Assembly: GCA_050746205.1 (NCBI GenBank)
Contig: JBOGKW010000002.1
Coordinates: forward strand, 1-60,942
DNA from: Terriglobales bacterium
GTDB lineage: Bacteria > Acidobacteriota > Terriglobia > Terriglobales > SCQP01
Reading direction: 5' to 3'
Length of the DNA stretch: 60,942 nt
The notes under the pieces are model-generated. The model was not told the DNA's origin. It saw only the letters and a list, made by a program, of their open reading frames with translations, and did no database searches. Position numbers and translations under genes: made by a program. Position 1 is the stretch's first letter, and each line of letters begins with the position of its first letter. Shown piece after piece: positions 1-10,734 of the stretch.

Positions 1-1
1 G

Positions 2-1306
2 ACGCGGCCCGCGGCGCGGAACGGCAACGGCGCCCGCGCGCCGGCGGCGGCGGACGGCGGGCCGCTGGGCATCGCCGACTATTTGTTCATTGGCGAGCTG
101 GCGCTCGACGGCTCGGTGCGGCCGGTGCGCGGCGCCCTGCCGATCGCGATGCTGGCGCGAGATCTACGCATTCCGCATCTGGTGGTCCCTCGGGATAACG
201 CCGACGAGGCCGCGGTGGTCAGCGGTGTGCAGGTGCACGCGGCGCGCAATTTGCCGGAGGTGTTGGCATGGGTCAACGGCGGCGTCGCGCCGGTGCCCGT
301 GACGGTGGACACCGCCGCGCGGCTGGCCAGCGGGGCGCAGTATCCCGAGGATTTTCTCGAGGTGAAGGGCCAGGCCACGGCCAAGCGCGCGCTGGAGGTA
401 GCCTGCGCCGGGGGCCATAACATTCTGATGATCGGGCCGCCGGGGTCCGGCAAGACGATGCTGGCGCGGCGCATGCCCGGCGTCCTGCCGCCGCTGAGCT
501 TCGAGGAAGCGCTGGAGGCGACCAAGATCCACAGCGTGGCCGGCACGCTTCCGGAGGGTGGGCTGCTGGCGCACCGGCCCTTCCGCGCGCCCCATCACAC
601 CGTTTCCGACGCCGGCTTGATCGGCGGCGGCAACCCGCCGCGGCCGGGCGAGGTCAGCCTGGCCCACCGCGGGATCCTCTTTTTGGACGAGTTGCCGGAG
701 TTCCAGCGCAATGCCCTGGAGGCGATGCGCCAGCCGCTGGAGGATGGGCGGGTCAATATTGTGCGCGCCGCCAACGCGGTCACCTTTCCCGCCCGCTTCA
801 TGCTGGCGGCGGCTATGAACCCCTGTCCCTGCGGCTATTTTCAAGACCCCACGCGGGAGTGCCATTGCACCCCGCCGCAGATCCAGCGCTACGTGGCGCG
901 CATCTCCGGCCCCTTGCTGGATCGCGTTGACATCCATGTGGATGTACCCGCGGTCCGGTACCAGGAGTTGCGCTCTGCCGCGCCGCGTGAGGGCTCGGCG
1001 GCGGTTCGGGCGCGCGTCATTGCCGCCCGGGAGCGCCAGATCGAGCGCTTCCGCAGTGAACGTGGCATGTTCGCCAACGCTCAGATGTCGGCGCGCCAAG
1101 TGGCCGCCGTCTGCGAACTCTCTACCGCCTGTGGCCGCCTGCTGGAAACGGCCATGGAGCGTATGGGCTTGAGCGCCCGCGCGCATGACCGCATCCTTAA
1201 GGTGGCGCGCACCATCGCCGACCTCGCCGACCGCCAGGAGATCGAGGCCGCGCACATCTCCGAGGCCATCCAGTACCGCACGCTGGACCGGACCTATTGG
1301 GCGTAA
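2..1306 (+). CDS. comM: YifB/ComM-family Mg-chelatase-like AAA+ ATPase; 5' end lies outside the window
   Basis: The frame is open from the window edge to the stop at 1304-1306. Walker A GPPGSGKT, Walker B ILFLDELPEF, and the Cys cluster NPCPCGY...CHC typical of the family. The TTG at 83 is only the first in-frame start found by the ORF caller. Confidence 0.85.
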   Translation, partial: TRPAARNGNGARAPAAADGGPLGIADYLFIGELALDGSVRPVRGALPIAMLARDLRIPHLVVPRDNADEAAVVSGVQVHAARNLPEVLAWVNGGVAPVPVTVDTAARLASGAQYPEDFLEVKGQATAKRALEVACAGGHNILMIGPPGSGKTMLARRMPGVLPPLSFEEALEATKIHSVAGTLPEGGLLAHRPFRAPHHTVSDAGLIGGGNPPRPGEVSLAHRGILFLDELPEFQRNALEAMRQPLEDGRVNIVRAANAVTFPARFMLAAAMNPCPCGYFQDPTRECHCTPPQIQRYVARISGPLLDRVDIHVDVPAVRYQELRSAAPREGSAAVRARVIAARERQIERFRSERGMFANAQMSARQVAAVCELSTACGRLLETAMERMGLSARAHDRILKVARTIADLADRQEIEAAHISEAIQYRTLDRTYWA

Positions 1307-1413
1307 GGAGCCTTGCAGTCGCCACCTCGGCTTTGTCATAATCCCACCGTAGGCTAATGCGGGGAGGGCGCACTGCCCATTGCCATCCCCTTCCAGAGAC
1401 AGGCGGAATCCTG

Positions 1414-1944
1414 ATGAGCGCATGGATGTTCCGGGTCGGGGATAAGGTCGTTTATCCCAATCATGGGGTGGGCGTGATCGAGCAGATCAGCAGCCGGGGC
1501 AGCGGCGGGGGCATCCAGCAGTTCTATTTGCTGAAAATCGAGGCCAGCAATCTCCGCGTGATGGTCCCGCTGGGCAACGTGGACTGCGTTGGCATGCGGC
1601 CCGTGGCCAAGCCCGGCGACGTCGCCCGCATTCTGCATTATTTGCAGGGCGGCGAGTGCCACGCGGCCACCGATTGGAAGGGCCGCTTCAAGGAAAACTC
1701 CGACAAGATGCGCACCGGCTCGATCTTGCTGGTGGCCGAGGTGCTGAAGAGCCTCCTCCAGTTGCACCGCGTCAAGCCGCTGTCATTCCGCGAGAAAAAG
1801 ATGCTGGATCGTGCTGTGGCGTTGCTGATTGATGAGATCGCAACCGTGCAGTGCATTGAGCCCGAGGCGGCGATGCTGCAAATCCGGCGGCATCTAGACA
1901 AAGCACACCTGGACCTGCCCAACGCCGAGACGGCGGACGCGTAG
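1414..1944 (+). CDS. carD: CarD/CdnL-family RNA-polymerase-binding transcription regulator
   Basis: N-terminal FRVGDKVVYPNHGVGVIEQI...YLLKI motif of the CarD_TRCF domain, about 175 aa. The start could be ATG 1414 or ATG 1426. Confidence 0.8.
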   Translation: MSAWMFRVGDKVVYPNHGVGVIEQISSRGSGGGIQQFYLLKIEASNLRVMVPLGNVDCVGMRPVAKPGDVARILHYLQGGECHAATDWKGRFKENSDKMRTGSILLVAEVLKSLLQLHRVKPLSFREKKMLDRAVALLIDEIATVQCIEPEAAMLQIRRHLDKAHLDLPNAETADA

Positions 1945-1980
1945 GCGCGCTCCGGCGGCGGGCTGCCGTGTTTGGGAGAA

Positions 1981-2110
1981 GCGGCTCAGCCGCCCGATTC
2001 TGAACGGCCCCGCCCCTAGCGGGGCCTGCGGCCGGGCTTCGACGCTGGCAGCGGACGCTAGCTGGCGCTCGGGGCGTCTCCAAGTTGCCGCGAGGCGGGA
2101 CACGCGTGCC
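1981..2110 (+). repeat. Copy A of the dispersed mosaic GC-rich structured repeat (short form)
   Basis: GCGGCTCAGCCGCCCGATTCTGAACGGCCCCGC-loop-GCGGGGCC...GGCGCTCGGGGCGTCTCCAAGTTGCCGCG. Shares modules with copies at 13271-13428, 41952-42100 and 59380-59613. Lies between convergent carD and the TPR gene. Confidence 0.8.
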
Positions 2111-2182
2111 CCATGCTGGCCACAGGTCCCGCGTCGCCGGGCGTCAGCGGTGAATTCGCCGGGCGGCTGCGAACGGCGGGGG

Positions 2183-4261
2183 TTACTTTGCGGCCAGAGC
2201 CTTTTGCACGCGCGCGAGCTGCTTCCGGTCGCGGGCCATGGCATGGGGATCGGCGTCGGCGGGGGCGCTGGAGCGCCAGTTGGCCAGAGCTTTCTGCCAT
2301 GCGACAGCAGCCTGCGGCAACCGGCCCGCCTGCTGGTAGGCGCTGGCCAAATGGCCACGGATGGTGGGGTCGTGACGCTCTAGTTGCACGGCGCGCTGTA
2401 GTTGCCGCAGTGCCTGCGGCCATTGGTGCATCTTGAAGTACACCCAGCCCAGGCTATCCAAATAGGCGCCGTTTTCCGGTTCCGCCGCCACCGCCCGCTG
2501 CACGTCCTCAAGCGCTTGCCGCAGATGCACGCCGCGGTCGGCCCACAGGTACCCAAGGTCGTTGAGGGCCAGCGCATTATTCGGATCCAACCGGAGCGCC
2601 GCCTGCAAGTGCTGCTGGGCGGAGCGGAAGCGGTGGCGCTGGCTGGCCACATCGCCGCGCATGAACTCGATCATGCCGCGCTGGGCCGGGGTGCTCGAAA
2701 GCGCCGCCGCCTGCGCCAACGCTCGGTTCGCCGCGCTCCAGTGCTTGACTCGCTCCTGCACCTCCGCCAGAGCTAGATAGGTGATGCGCCGATCCGACGG
2801 TTGCTGCAAAAAGGGCTGAAGGCTGGCCACCGCCGGCCGCACCTGGCGATTGCCCGCCAACAGCAAGGCATAGCTCACCGCCAAGGCGCGAGCGTGGGGA
2901 AATGCGGCGACCCCGGAGCGGGCGGAAGCCAGGGCCTGGGCATATTGGTGGATGTGGCCATAGGTTTGGGCGATCTGGAGATAACCGCGGATACGGTTTT
3001 GGCGGCCCAGGTTTTGCATGCGGGTGAACGCGGCGATCGCCTGCTGGGGGTGGCCCGCCTGGCGTTCCAGCGTGCCCAGCTTTTCCCAAAACAAACCGCG
3101 TTCCTGGGCGACATTGGGGGCATACTGTCCGGCGGCCACCGCGGTGGCCTTGAGCACCACGCGCAAGGCATCGGCAGCTTGCCCAAAGCGGCCCTCGGAT
3201 TCCTCAAACTGCGAGCGGAAAAACGCCAGGGCCGGATCGTCCGGCACCGATTGTTGCGCCGCGTCCAAGTCCTGCGCGACCCGCTGCCGTTGCCCGGTGT
3301 GCTGGTCAATTTCGGCCAGCCGAAGCCAATAGCTGCCGTTTTGCGGCTCCGCCAGCGTCAGCCAGACATATTGCTCGCGGGCCGCGGCCAGCTGGCCATC
3401 CCGGTAGAGGCTGGAGGCCAGGCTGCGGCGATAATCCGGGTTGCCGGAGTCCAGCGCCACCGCCTGCTGGAAGGCGTGCGCTGCCTGGGTCGTATCGTTT
3501 CGCTTCTGGTAAGCCGCGCCTAGGGCGGCGTACATGGGTGCGGTACGCTGGTCCGCGGGCACGGAAGCGAACACGCTTTCGGCCTGGGCCATCTGCCCGT
3601 GGCCGGCATAGAGGCGCACCAAGTCCGCCACGCCGTCCGGCGAATCCTGCGCCAGCCGGCGCACGGTCTGAAACTCCTTCTCCGCCCCGCTGACGTCGCC
3701 TTCGGCCGAATACAGTCGGCCTAGCGCGAGGTGAAACTCCGGGTCTTGGGGCCGCAGGCGGGTCAGTGCTTGAAACTGCTCCGCCGCCAGCCGCAGCATA
3801 CCGCCGGCATGAGGGTCGTTGCTATCCAGCAGCCGGGCGTAGATTTCTCCCAGCAACTCATGCGCCGAGACGGAATCCGGCTGCTCGTGCGTGACGCTGC
3901 GAGCCAGGCGAATGGCGTCGCCGGTGCGCCCGGTGCGAAACAGCAAGCCCGCCATCTGCACCGGCAAAAAGGAGGAGTGGGGATCGGCATCCATGGCCAT
4001 CCGGTACTGCTGGAGCGCTTGGGACGCCAGTTCCCCGCTGCCCGCCAACTCCGCCCGGCCCTCATAAAGACGGGCCAGCATGTAGTGGTAGTAGGCCGCC
4101 GCCAGATCGGCCTTGGCGGTGGGCGGGACCGCAGCCATCACCGCGGGGGCCACCGGCGGATTGCCTCCGCTCTGCGCCCAAGCGCCCGGGCCCACAGCGC
4201 AGAGGAGGACCCATGCCGCCAGCGCCCACCCCCACCTACGCCCAGAGCGGCCGGGATGCAT
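2183..4261 (-). CDS. Secreted tetratricopeptide-repeat (TPR) protein
   Basis: Signal-peptide-like N-terminus (...LLCAVGPGAWAQ) followed by many TPR-like A/L/Y-rich 34-aa units across about 690 aa. Same strand as bamA-skp, 83 nt downstream of skp. Start is ATG 4261 or TTG 4273. Confidence 0.75.
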   Translation of the reverse strand: MHPGRSGRRWGWALAAWVLLCAVGPGAWAQSGGNPPVAPAVMAAVPPTAKADLAAAYYHYMLARLYEGRAELAGSGELASQALQQYRMAMDADPHSSFLPVQMAGLLFRTGRTGDAIRLARSVTHEQPDSVSAHELLGEIYARLLDSNDPHAGGMLRLAAEQFQALTRLRPQDPEFHLALGRLYSAEGDVSGAEKEFQTVRRLAQDSPDGVADLVRLYAGHGQMAQAESVFASVPADQRTAPMYAALGAAYQKRNDTTQAAHAFQQAVALDSGNPDYRRSLASSLYRDGQLAAAREQYVWLTLAEPQNGSYWLRLAEIDQHTGQRQRVAQDLDAAQQSVPDDPALAFFRSQFEESEGRFGQAADALRVVLKATAVAAGQYAPNVAQERGLFWEKLGTLERQAGHPQQAIAAFTRMQNLGRQNRIRGYLQIAQTYGHIHQYAQALASARSGVAAFPHARALAVSYALLLAGNRQVRPAVASLQPFLQQPSDRRITYLALAEVQERVKHWSAANRALAQAAALSSTPAQRGMIEFMRGDVASQRHRFRSAQQHLQAALRLDPNNALALNDLGYLWADRGVHLRQALEDVQRAVAAEPENGAYLDSLGWVYFKMHQWPQALRQLQRAVQLERHDPTIRGHLASAYQQAGRLPQAAVAWQKALANWRSSAPADADPHAMARDRKQLARVQKALAAK

Positions 4262-4355
4262 AGAGCACGCCAAGATTCTCTAAGCCTACACGATTCGGGC
4301 GGGGGCCAGGTTGCGAGGTTGCGAGGTCGCGTTGCGCACGGTCCTCGCGGCGTGC

Positions 4356-4952
4356 TTAGTGCTGGGCCGTGGTGGCGCTGCTGGCGGCGACGGGGTAATC
4401 CTTGTTGTACAAGGCCACGATGGGGTCGGTGATGTTGATGCCGCGGGCGGCGTACAACACCGGCGTGTTGGGATTGCTGACGTCCAGCACCAGCGCATAG
4501 CCGTGGGCGGTGGCGTAGTCGCTGACCACCTTCATCATTTTTTGCCCAATGCGGTTGACGGCATCGCTCTCGGCGCTTTGCAGATCGCTCTGCGCGTCTT
4601 CATAGGCGCGCTGGATTTGCTTCTGTTTGTTGCTGATGCGCTGTTCCAGCTCGTCCTTGGCGCCGATGCTGAGGGTATTGCCGCCCTCCTTGAGTTGCTG
4701 CTGGAGGGCCTGCAGCGATTGCTGCTGCACCTTCAGATCATTGTCGCGGGGCGCAAACTCAGTGCGGATTTGGGCCGCCGCCTGCTGCCCGTCACCGGTG
4801 GCGCGGATGGCCGCCTGAATACTGATGATGGCGATTTTCTCTCGCCCGCTCGCCGGCGAGGACGCCGGCGGCGCCTGGGCCGCCAAGCCCAGCGCCATCG
4901 CAACGATCACACCCAAGGCCCCGCTCGAAAACAGCCACCGCCGAAGTTTCAT
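4356..4952 (-). CDS. skp: OmpH/Skp-family periplasmic chaperone
   Basis: Signal peptide, Q/L/E-rich coiled-coil body, and position directly downstream of bamA. GAGGAG lies upstream of ATG 4952. Confidence 0.8.
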   Translation of the reverse strand: MKLRRWLFSSGALGVIVAMALGLAAQAPPASSPASGREKIAIISIQAAIRATGDGQQAAAQIRTEFAPRDNDLKVQQQSLQALQQQLKEGGNTLSIGAKDELEQRISNKQKQIQRAYEDAQSDLQSAESDAVNRIGQKMMKVVSDYATAHGYALVLDVSNPNTPVLYAARGINITDPIVALYNKDYPVAASSATTAQH

Positions 4953-5036
4953 GCGCTCCTCGCAACCCAAAGAGATTAAGTGCGGAATTTGGCTCAGTAT
5001 ACGCAGGGCGCGCCGCCCGGGTCAATGTACCGGGGC

Positions 5037-7973
5037 CTAGAACGTCGTGCCAATGGTGAAGCGGAACACGTCCGGCGCCTCCTTGAACGGTTCCGGCGCG
5101 CCTTCGGTGAGGCGGCGCATGGTGAAGGCCAGGGCGCTCTGCACCGCTGGGCTGTCTTGGTACGCGGCGGGGATTTGGTTCAGAAAATCCTGCTTCGTAA
5201 ACAGCGCTGGCGGCTGGATATTCTCATCCACGCGCAAGGGATTGATGGCGTAGTAGACGCGGAAGGGCTGGTGAATGACCGGCATCATCACCTCCAGCTC
5301 CAGACCGGTGGACATGCGCACCTGGGAGTTGGTGCCCGGCACCAGCGGAATCTTGGTGGGGAAGCGGTCATTGCACTGGCTCAGCCCCGGCGTGCCGGCG
5401 AGGAAGCCGCTGCAAAACTCGTTTTGCAGGCTGGTGAGCACCGCCGGGTTCGTTCGCAATTGGTCCGTGAAGGAGATCTTGTTGACGCCGACATCCAGAA
5501 AAGGCACCAGGTACACGGGCCCGACGATGGGAATGCGGTAGTCGAAGTTGCCGACGCCCTCGGTATCCCCGCCCGGCGTGGTCAGGGTGTAGGTAGGGAT
5601 GGTGATGGGGAAGGTCACGGCGGAGGTGCCGGTGGGGTTGGTCGGCGTCGGCGACGGCACCGTGATGGACAGCGGCGCGCACTCGTCGTACGTGGCTTCC
5701 ACCGAGGTGCAGGGCTGGGTGGGATCGTAGAGCGCTACCGTGCTGGTCGAGGGCACTTCGGCGATCGGCGTCACCGCCAGCAGGTCAAATCCGCGGATGG
5801 TCTGTTCGCCGCCGATATAGAAGCGGTCGAAGCTGGGCGGCACGCCGCCGCCGTAACCGCTGATGATTGAGCCCAGCAGCCGGAAGCCGAAAACGTTGTG
5901 CCAGCCCGCCTTGTGGAAATACTTGTAGCTGAGCGTGGGCTGGAAGGTCCGCACATTGCCGCCGATCCCGGCGAAGGAGGCTTCCAGCTCCAACTCATGT
6001 CCGGCGGTCGGAAAGAACATGCTGTTCACCGTGTTGTAGGTGAATGAGGGGATCAGGCGGCTGGTCACAATGCCGGAGGTGTCCGTCAGCTGCGGCCCAT
6101 TGACGCCAACATAAGCGATATTGCTGAACAGCACCGTCGCCGCCGTGGTCAGCGGCGTGATGTGGGAAACATCGTAGCCGTAGGTCAAGCCCAGGCGAGT
6201 GAACGGGCCGGTGGGCGTGCTGGTGCTGACGGTGAAGCCGGTGCTGTCCTGCAAATAGTTCAGCAGCCCCTCGCCGTTCGGCCCGCCCAACGACTCGAAG
6301 TAGGGCACCAAATTTTCGCCGTACAGGATCGAGGCCTCTTTGGCCTGATCGTAATGGTAGCTGGAGTGATAGACGCTGAATCCCAGCTGGATGGGCCGGT
6401 CGGCGACATAGGGCTCGGTGAAGCTGAAGTTGATGCTGTTCTGCAGTGAGCCGTATTCGGTGCTGACGGACAAGGTCTCGCCTAGGCCCAGCAGGTTGTT
6501 GGTCGAGTAGTTAAGGCCCAAGAAGCTGCCGGCGATGCCGCTGACGCCGCCGGTAAGGCCAATGGTGTTCTTGCCTTTTTCATGCACGTGGACGTCAATA
6601 TCCACTTCACCGTCCGGACCGGAGGTGTTTTGGTGCATGGTGACGTCTTGCTGCGAGATTTTGCTGAAATAGCCAAGCTGATTGAGGCGCAGCAGGCTGT
6701 TTTTCCAAGCCACGGTGTTGAACCGCTGGCCCTCCTGCACCATCAGCGCGCGGCGGATCACCTTATCCCGGGTGGTGGTGTTGCCCGTGAACTCGATGCG
6801 GTGAATGAAAAACGGCTTGCCTTCATGCACGTCCAGGTTCATCGCCACCCGATGCGTCTTGTCGTTGGGATGGAAGTCCGGATTGGCCACGAAGTTGATA
6901 TAGCCGAATTCGCCGTAGAGCTTGCGCAGGTTGGAAAGCCCTTTGCGGATCTTGGAGACATCCATCACCTCGCCGGTCTGCAGACCGAAGACCTGATCCA
7001 GCAGCCTGGTGTTGGTGATGAAGTGGCTGTTGAGGAACTGGACCTTGCCGACGTAGTATTTCTCACCCTCGACAATCGGAATGTGGATGTCCACCTGCTT
7101 GCCGATGCCGCCGCCGAAGAACAGAATCCGGCGGCTGTGGGTGGTGTGGAGCTTCAGCGTGGGGTCCTCCACCACCGCCTCGAAGTAACCGCGATCCTGC
7201 ATGGCCTCGCGCACCCTCTCCAAGTCCTCTGACAGCTGCGCCGCGCCGTAGGTCTTGGCGAAGAGATGCTCGAAGATGAGCGAATGGGGAATGCCGATCG
7301 GCCGTAGGTTCTTCATCGCCTGTTCCAGCGTGCCGGAGCTGACGTCCCGGTTTCCGGTAAAGCTGATTTTGCCCACCTTGACCTTGGGGCCTTCGTTCAC
7401 TACAAATGTCAGCGCCACGGAGCTGGGCGGCAACTGCTGCACCTTGACCTGGACGTTGGCATATTGGCGGCCATGCTCGCCCAGCAGCTCCTTGATGGCA
7501 TCCACGGCATGCTTGGCCACGGTGGGATCGTAGGGGCCATCCATGTCCAGGTGGACGTTGCGGGCCTCATAGCGGTCCAGGATGTCGGACTCGGTGATCG
7601 AATGGAGGCCGAGGTACTTGATATTGCGGATGATGGGTCGCTCCGTGACCCAGATTTGCAGCACCACCCCGTCGCGCGCGTTGACCCGCTTGAACACCAG
7701 GTTGTCAAAAAAGCCGGTGTTCCAGAGGGAATTGAAGTCGCGGTTGACCTGCGCCGGATCGTAGACCATCCCCGGATGGGTGTAGATGTGGGCCAGGATG
7801 GTGGCGCAGGGGATGCGGTGGTTATTGAAGCATTCCACGGCCGCCACTACGTTGGACCGCGCGGCCTGGCCAGCGGCCTGTGTCGGCTTGGCCTGGCCAA
7901 AGGCGGGTGCCGCCGCCCACAGAGGCAGCCAGAGCCCTACAAGGAGGGAGGGAACAAAGCGACGCCGAATCAC
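5037..7973 (-). CDS. bamA: Outer membrane protein assembly factor BamA
   Basis: 978 aa with a signal peptide, repeated POTRA-like units (e.g. VLQIWVTERPIIRNIKYLG; FFIHRIEFTGNTTTRDKVIRR) and a C-terminal beta-barrel ending ...FRFTIGTTF. GTG start. Confidence 0.9.
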   Translation of the reverse strand: MIRRRFVPSLLVGLWLPLWAAAPAFGQAKPTQAAGQAARSNVVAAVECFNNHRIPCATILAHIYTHPGMVYDPAQVNRDFNSLWNTGFFDNLVFKRVNARDGVVLQIWVTERPIIRNIKYLGLHSITESDILDRYEARNVHLDMDGPYDPTVAKHAVDAIKELLGEHGRQYANVQVKVQQLPPSSVALTFVVNEGPKVKVGKISFTGNRDVSSGTLEQAMKNLRPIGIPHSLIFEHLFAKTYGAAQLSEDLERVREAMQDRGYFEAVVEDPTLKLHTTHSRRILFFGGGIGKQVDIHIPIVEGEKYYVGKVQFLNSHFITNTRLLDQVFGLQTGEVMDVSKIRKGLSNLRKLYGEFGYINFVANPDFHPNDKTHRVAMNLDVHEGKPFFIHRIEFTGNTTTRDKVIRRALMVQEGQRFNTVAWKNSLLRLNQLGYFSKISQQDVTMHQNTSGPDGEVDIDVHVHEKGKNTIGLTGGVSGIAGSFLGLNYSTNNLLGLGETLSVSTEYGSLQNSINFSFTEPYVADRPIQLGFSVYHSSYHYDQAKEASILYGENLVPYFESLGGPNGEGLLNYLQDSTGFTVSTSTPTGPFTRLGLTYGYDVSHITPLTTAATVLFSNIAYVGVNGPQLTDTSGIVTSRLIPSFTYNTVNSMFFPTAGHELELEASFAGIGGNVRTFQPTLSYKYFHKAGWHNVFGFRLLGSIISGYGGGVPPSFDRFYIGGEQTIRGFDLLAVTPIAEVPSTSTVALYDPTQPCTSVEATYDECAPLSITVPSPTPTNPTGTSAVTFPITIPTYTLTTPGGDTEGVGNFDYRIPIVGPVYLVPFLDVGVNKISFTDQLRTNPAVLTSLQNEFCSGFLAGTPGLSQCNDRFPTKIPLVPGTNSQVRMSTGLELEVMMPVIHQPFRVYYAINPLRVDENIQPPALFTKQDFLNQIPAAYQDSPAVQSALAFTMRRLTEGAPEPFKEAPDVFRFTIGTTF

Positions 7974-8221
7974 TGAAACGAGTTCTTCTCCGCCCGGCCG
8001 CGGCCCCTAACATCCCCGGCACGCGCCTTCGGGGGCACAACCGCCCGCTGCCTTCGAGTCCTGCCCATTATATATGTCGGCCTCGGCGGCTTTCGATAGC
8101 GAAAACCGCGCGGCGGCGATTTTCCCCGCTCGCCGGCGGTGCGCTTTGGCACCGAATCGTCCCGCGCCCTCGCGGCCGGGGCAGCTTGCGGGCAAGCCGG
8201 CAGCATCGAACTTCTCTGCTC

Positions 8222-8437
8222 ATGCCCGCCAACTCCGGTTTCGCTGTCAAATGCGGTCGCTGCGGTGTTTTGTTCGCTACCCACCATTGCGCCAAGCTCG
8301 ATCACTTCGGCATTTATCGCGTCACCTGCCCGCAGTGCGGCTGGCCGGGCCGTTACTTTGCCGCCGAGCTGCGGCCCCTCAAGCCCGGTGAACCGCTGGA
8401 GCCGGCGCCCGCACCCCGCAAGCGCGCTGCCCCGTAA
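8222..8437 (+). CDS. Small hypothetical zinc-ribbon protein (71 aa)
   Basis: ATG-initiated sub-ORF of track ORF 7880..8437. Two CxxC pairs (KCGRCG ... TCPQCG) and mostly G/C third positions. No clear Shine-Dalgarno. Confidence 0.4.
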   Translation: MPANSGFAVKCGRCGVLFATHHCAKLDHFGIYRVTCPQCGWPGRYFAAELRPLKPGEPLEPAPAPRKRAAP

Positions 8438-8689
8438 TGCGGCCGGCGTTCCGGCGCCGGCCCTAAGCGGCACTGGTGCCGCGATGGTAAGCCACTGCCA
8501 TTGGGCCAACGCCTGTAGCCGCCACTCGATTCTTTTTTTTCGCGGCTTATGCGCAGCCGCCCGGGCCAGCGGAGCCCGCGTGCGCGGCTAACTCCTTCGT
8601 CTTCAATTCCGCCGCATGGCCCGCGGATTGCTGCTACGGGGATGACCATCATCCCCGCCGCTTCGGCGGCTGTGACAGGAGGCAAATGC

Positions 8690-9061
8690 ATGGACCATCG
8701 TTCCCCCCTGCGGCGCGGCCTTACCGCGTGCGCACTTATTCTCGGCCTGGGCATCTGGACCGCCGCCTTCGCTGGCACCATCAATACCGGCCCCGGCGCT
8801 GGCGGAGCCAGCGCCTTCGGCACTTCCGCCCGTGGCGGTCCGAACCTGACCGCCGGCGCGCAGCCGAGCGCCGGCCAGCAGGGCGCGGCGAGCGCCAACT
8901 ACAATAACCGCTACGGGACCCCAACCGGCCCGAACGGGGGCCCCTCGCAGCAGAGCGGCAGCACCTCAGTGCCGGAACCCCCGACCTGGCTGCTACTGTG
9001 TGCCGGTTTGGGCCTTGTGGCCTGGAGCCTGCGCCGGCGCGGGCTACCCGGGGCGGCCTAA
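8690..9061 (+). CDS. PEP-CTERM sorting-domain protein, Gly/Ser/Ala-rich (123 aa)
   Basis: AGGAGG lies 7 nt upstream of ATG 8690. N-terminal signal peptide. C-terminal VPEPPTWLLLCAGLGLVAWSLRRR, i.e. PEP motif plus TM helix plus Arg cluster. Confidence 0.8.
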   Translation: MDHRSPLRRGLTACALILGLGIWTAAFAGTINTGPGAGGASAFGTSARGGPNLTAGAQPSAGQQGAASANYNNRYGTPTGPNGGPSQQSGSTSVPEPPTWLLLCAGLGLVAWSLRRRGLPGAA

Positions 9062-9074
9062 ACTCCGCGGGTGA

Positions 9075-10661
<1,587 letters not shown>

Positions 10662-10734
10662 CGCTGTCCCGGGCTCGGGCGAACGCCGGGCTATCGCCGA
10701 TGCGGTCGCGGCCCCCGGCGGGGCGTGCGCCCGG

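Noticed and set aside
164-1423. 419-aa ORF antisense to comM. Similar long antisense ORFs occur at 9486-11060 (guaB), 16189-17580 (treS), 35100-36185 (ftsI), 40707-41528 (thrS), 43714-45276 (nrdJ), 51984-52817 (radical SAM) and 53170-54288 (topA).
   Set aside because: Each lies opposite a gene with strong recognisable motifs. Their translations are Arg/Gly/Ala/Pro/His-rich low-complexity strings with no recognisable domain. Long stop-free antisense frames are expected at this G+C content.
8521-8545. T8 run considered as an intrinsic terminator for the zinc-ribbon mini-ORF
   Set aside because: No GC-rich stem immediately precedes the T-run. The nearest stem (GCCGGCG...CGCCGGC at about 8441-8460) is 75 nt upstream.
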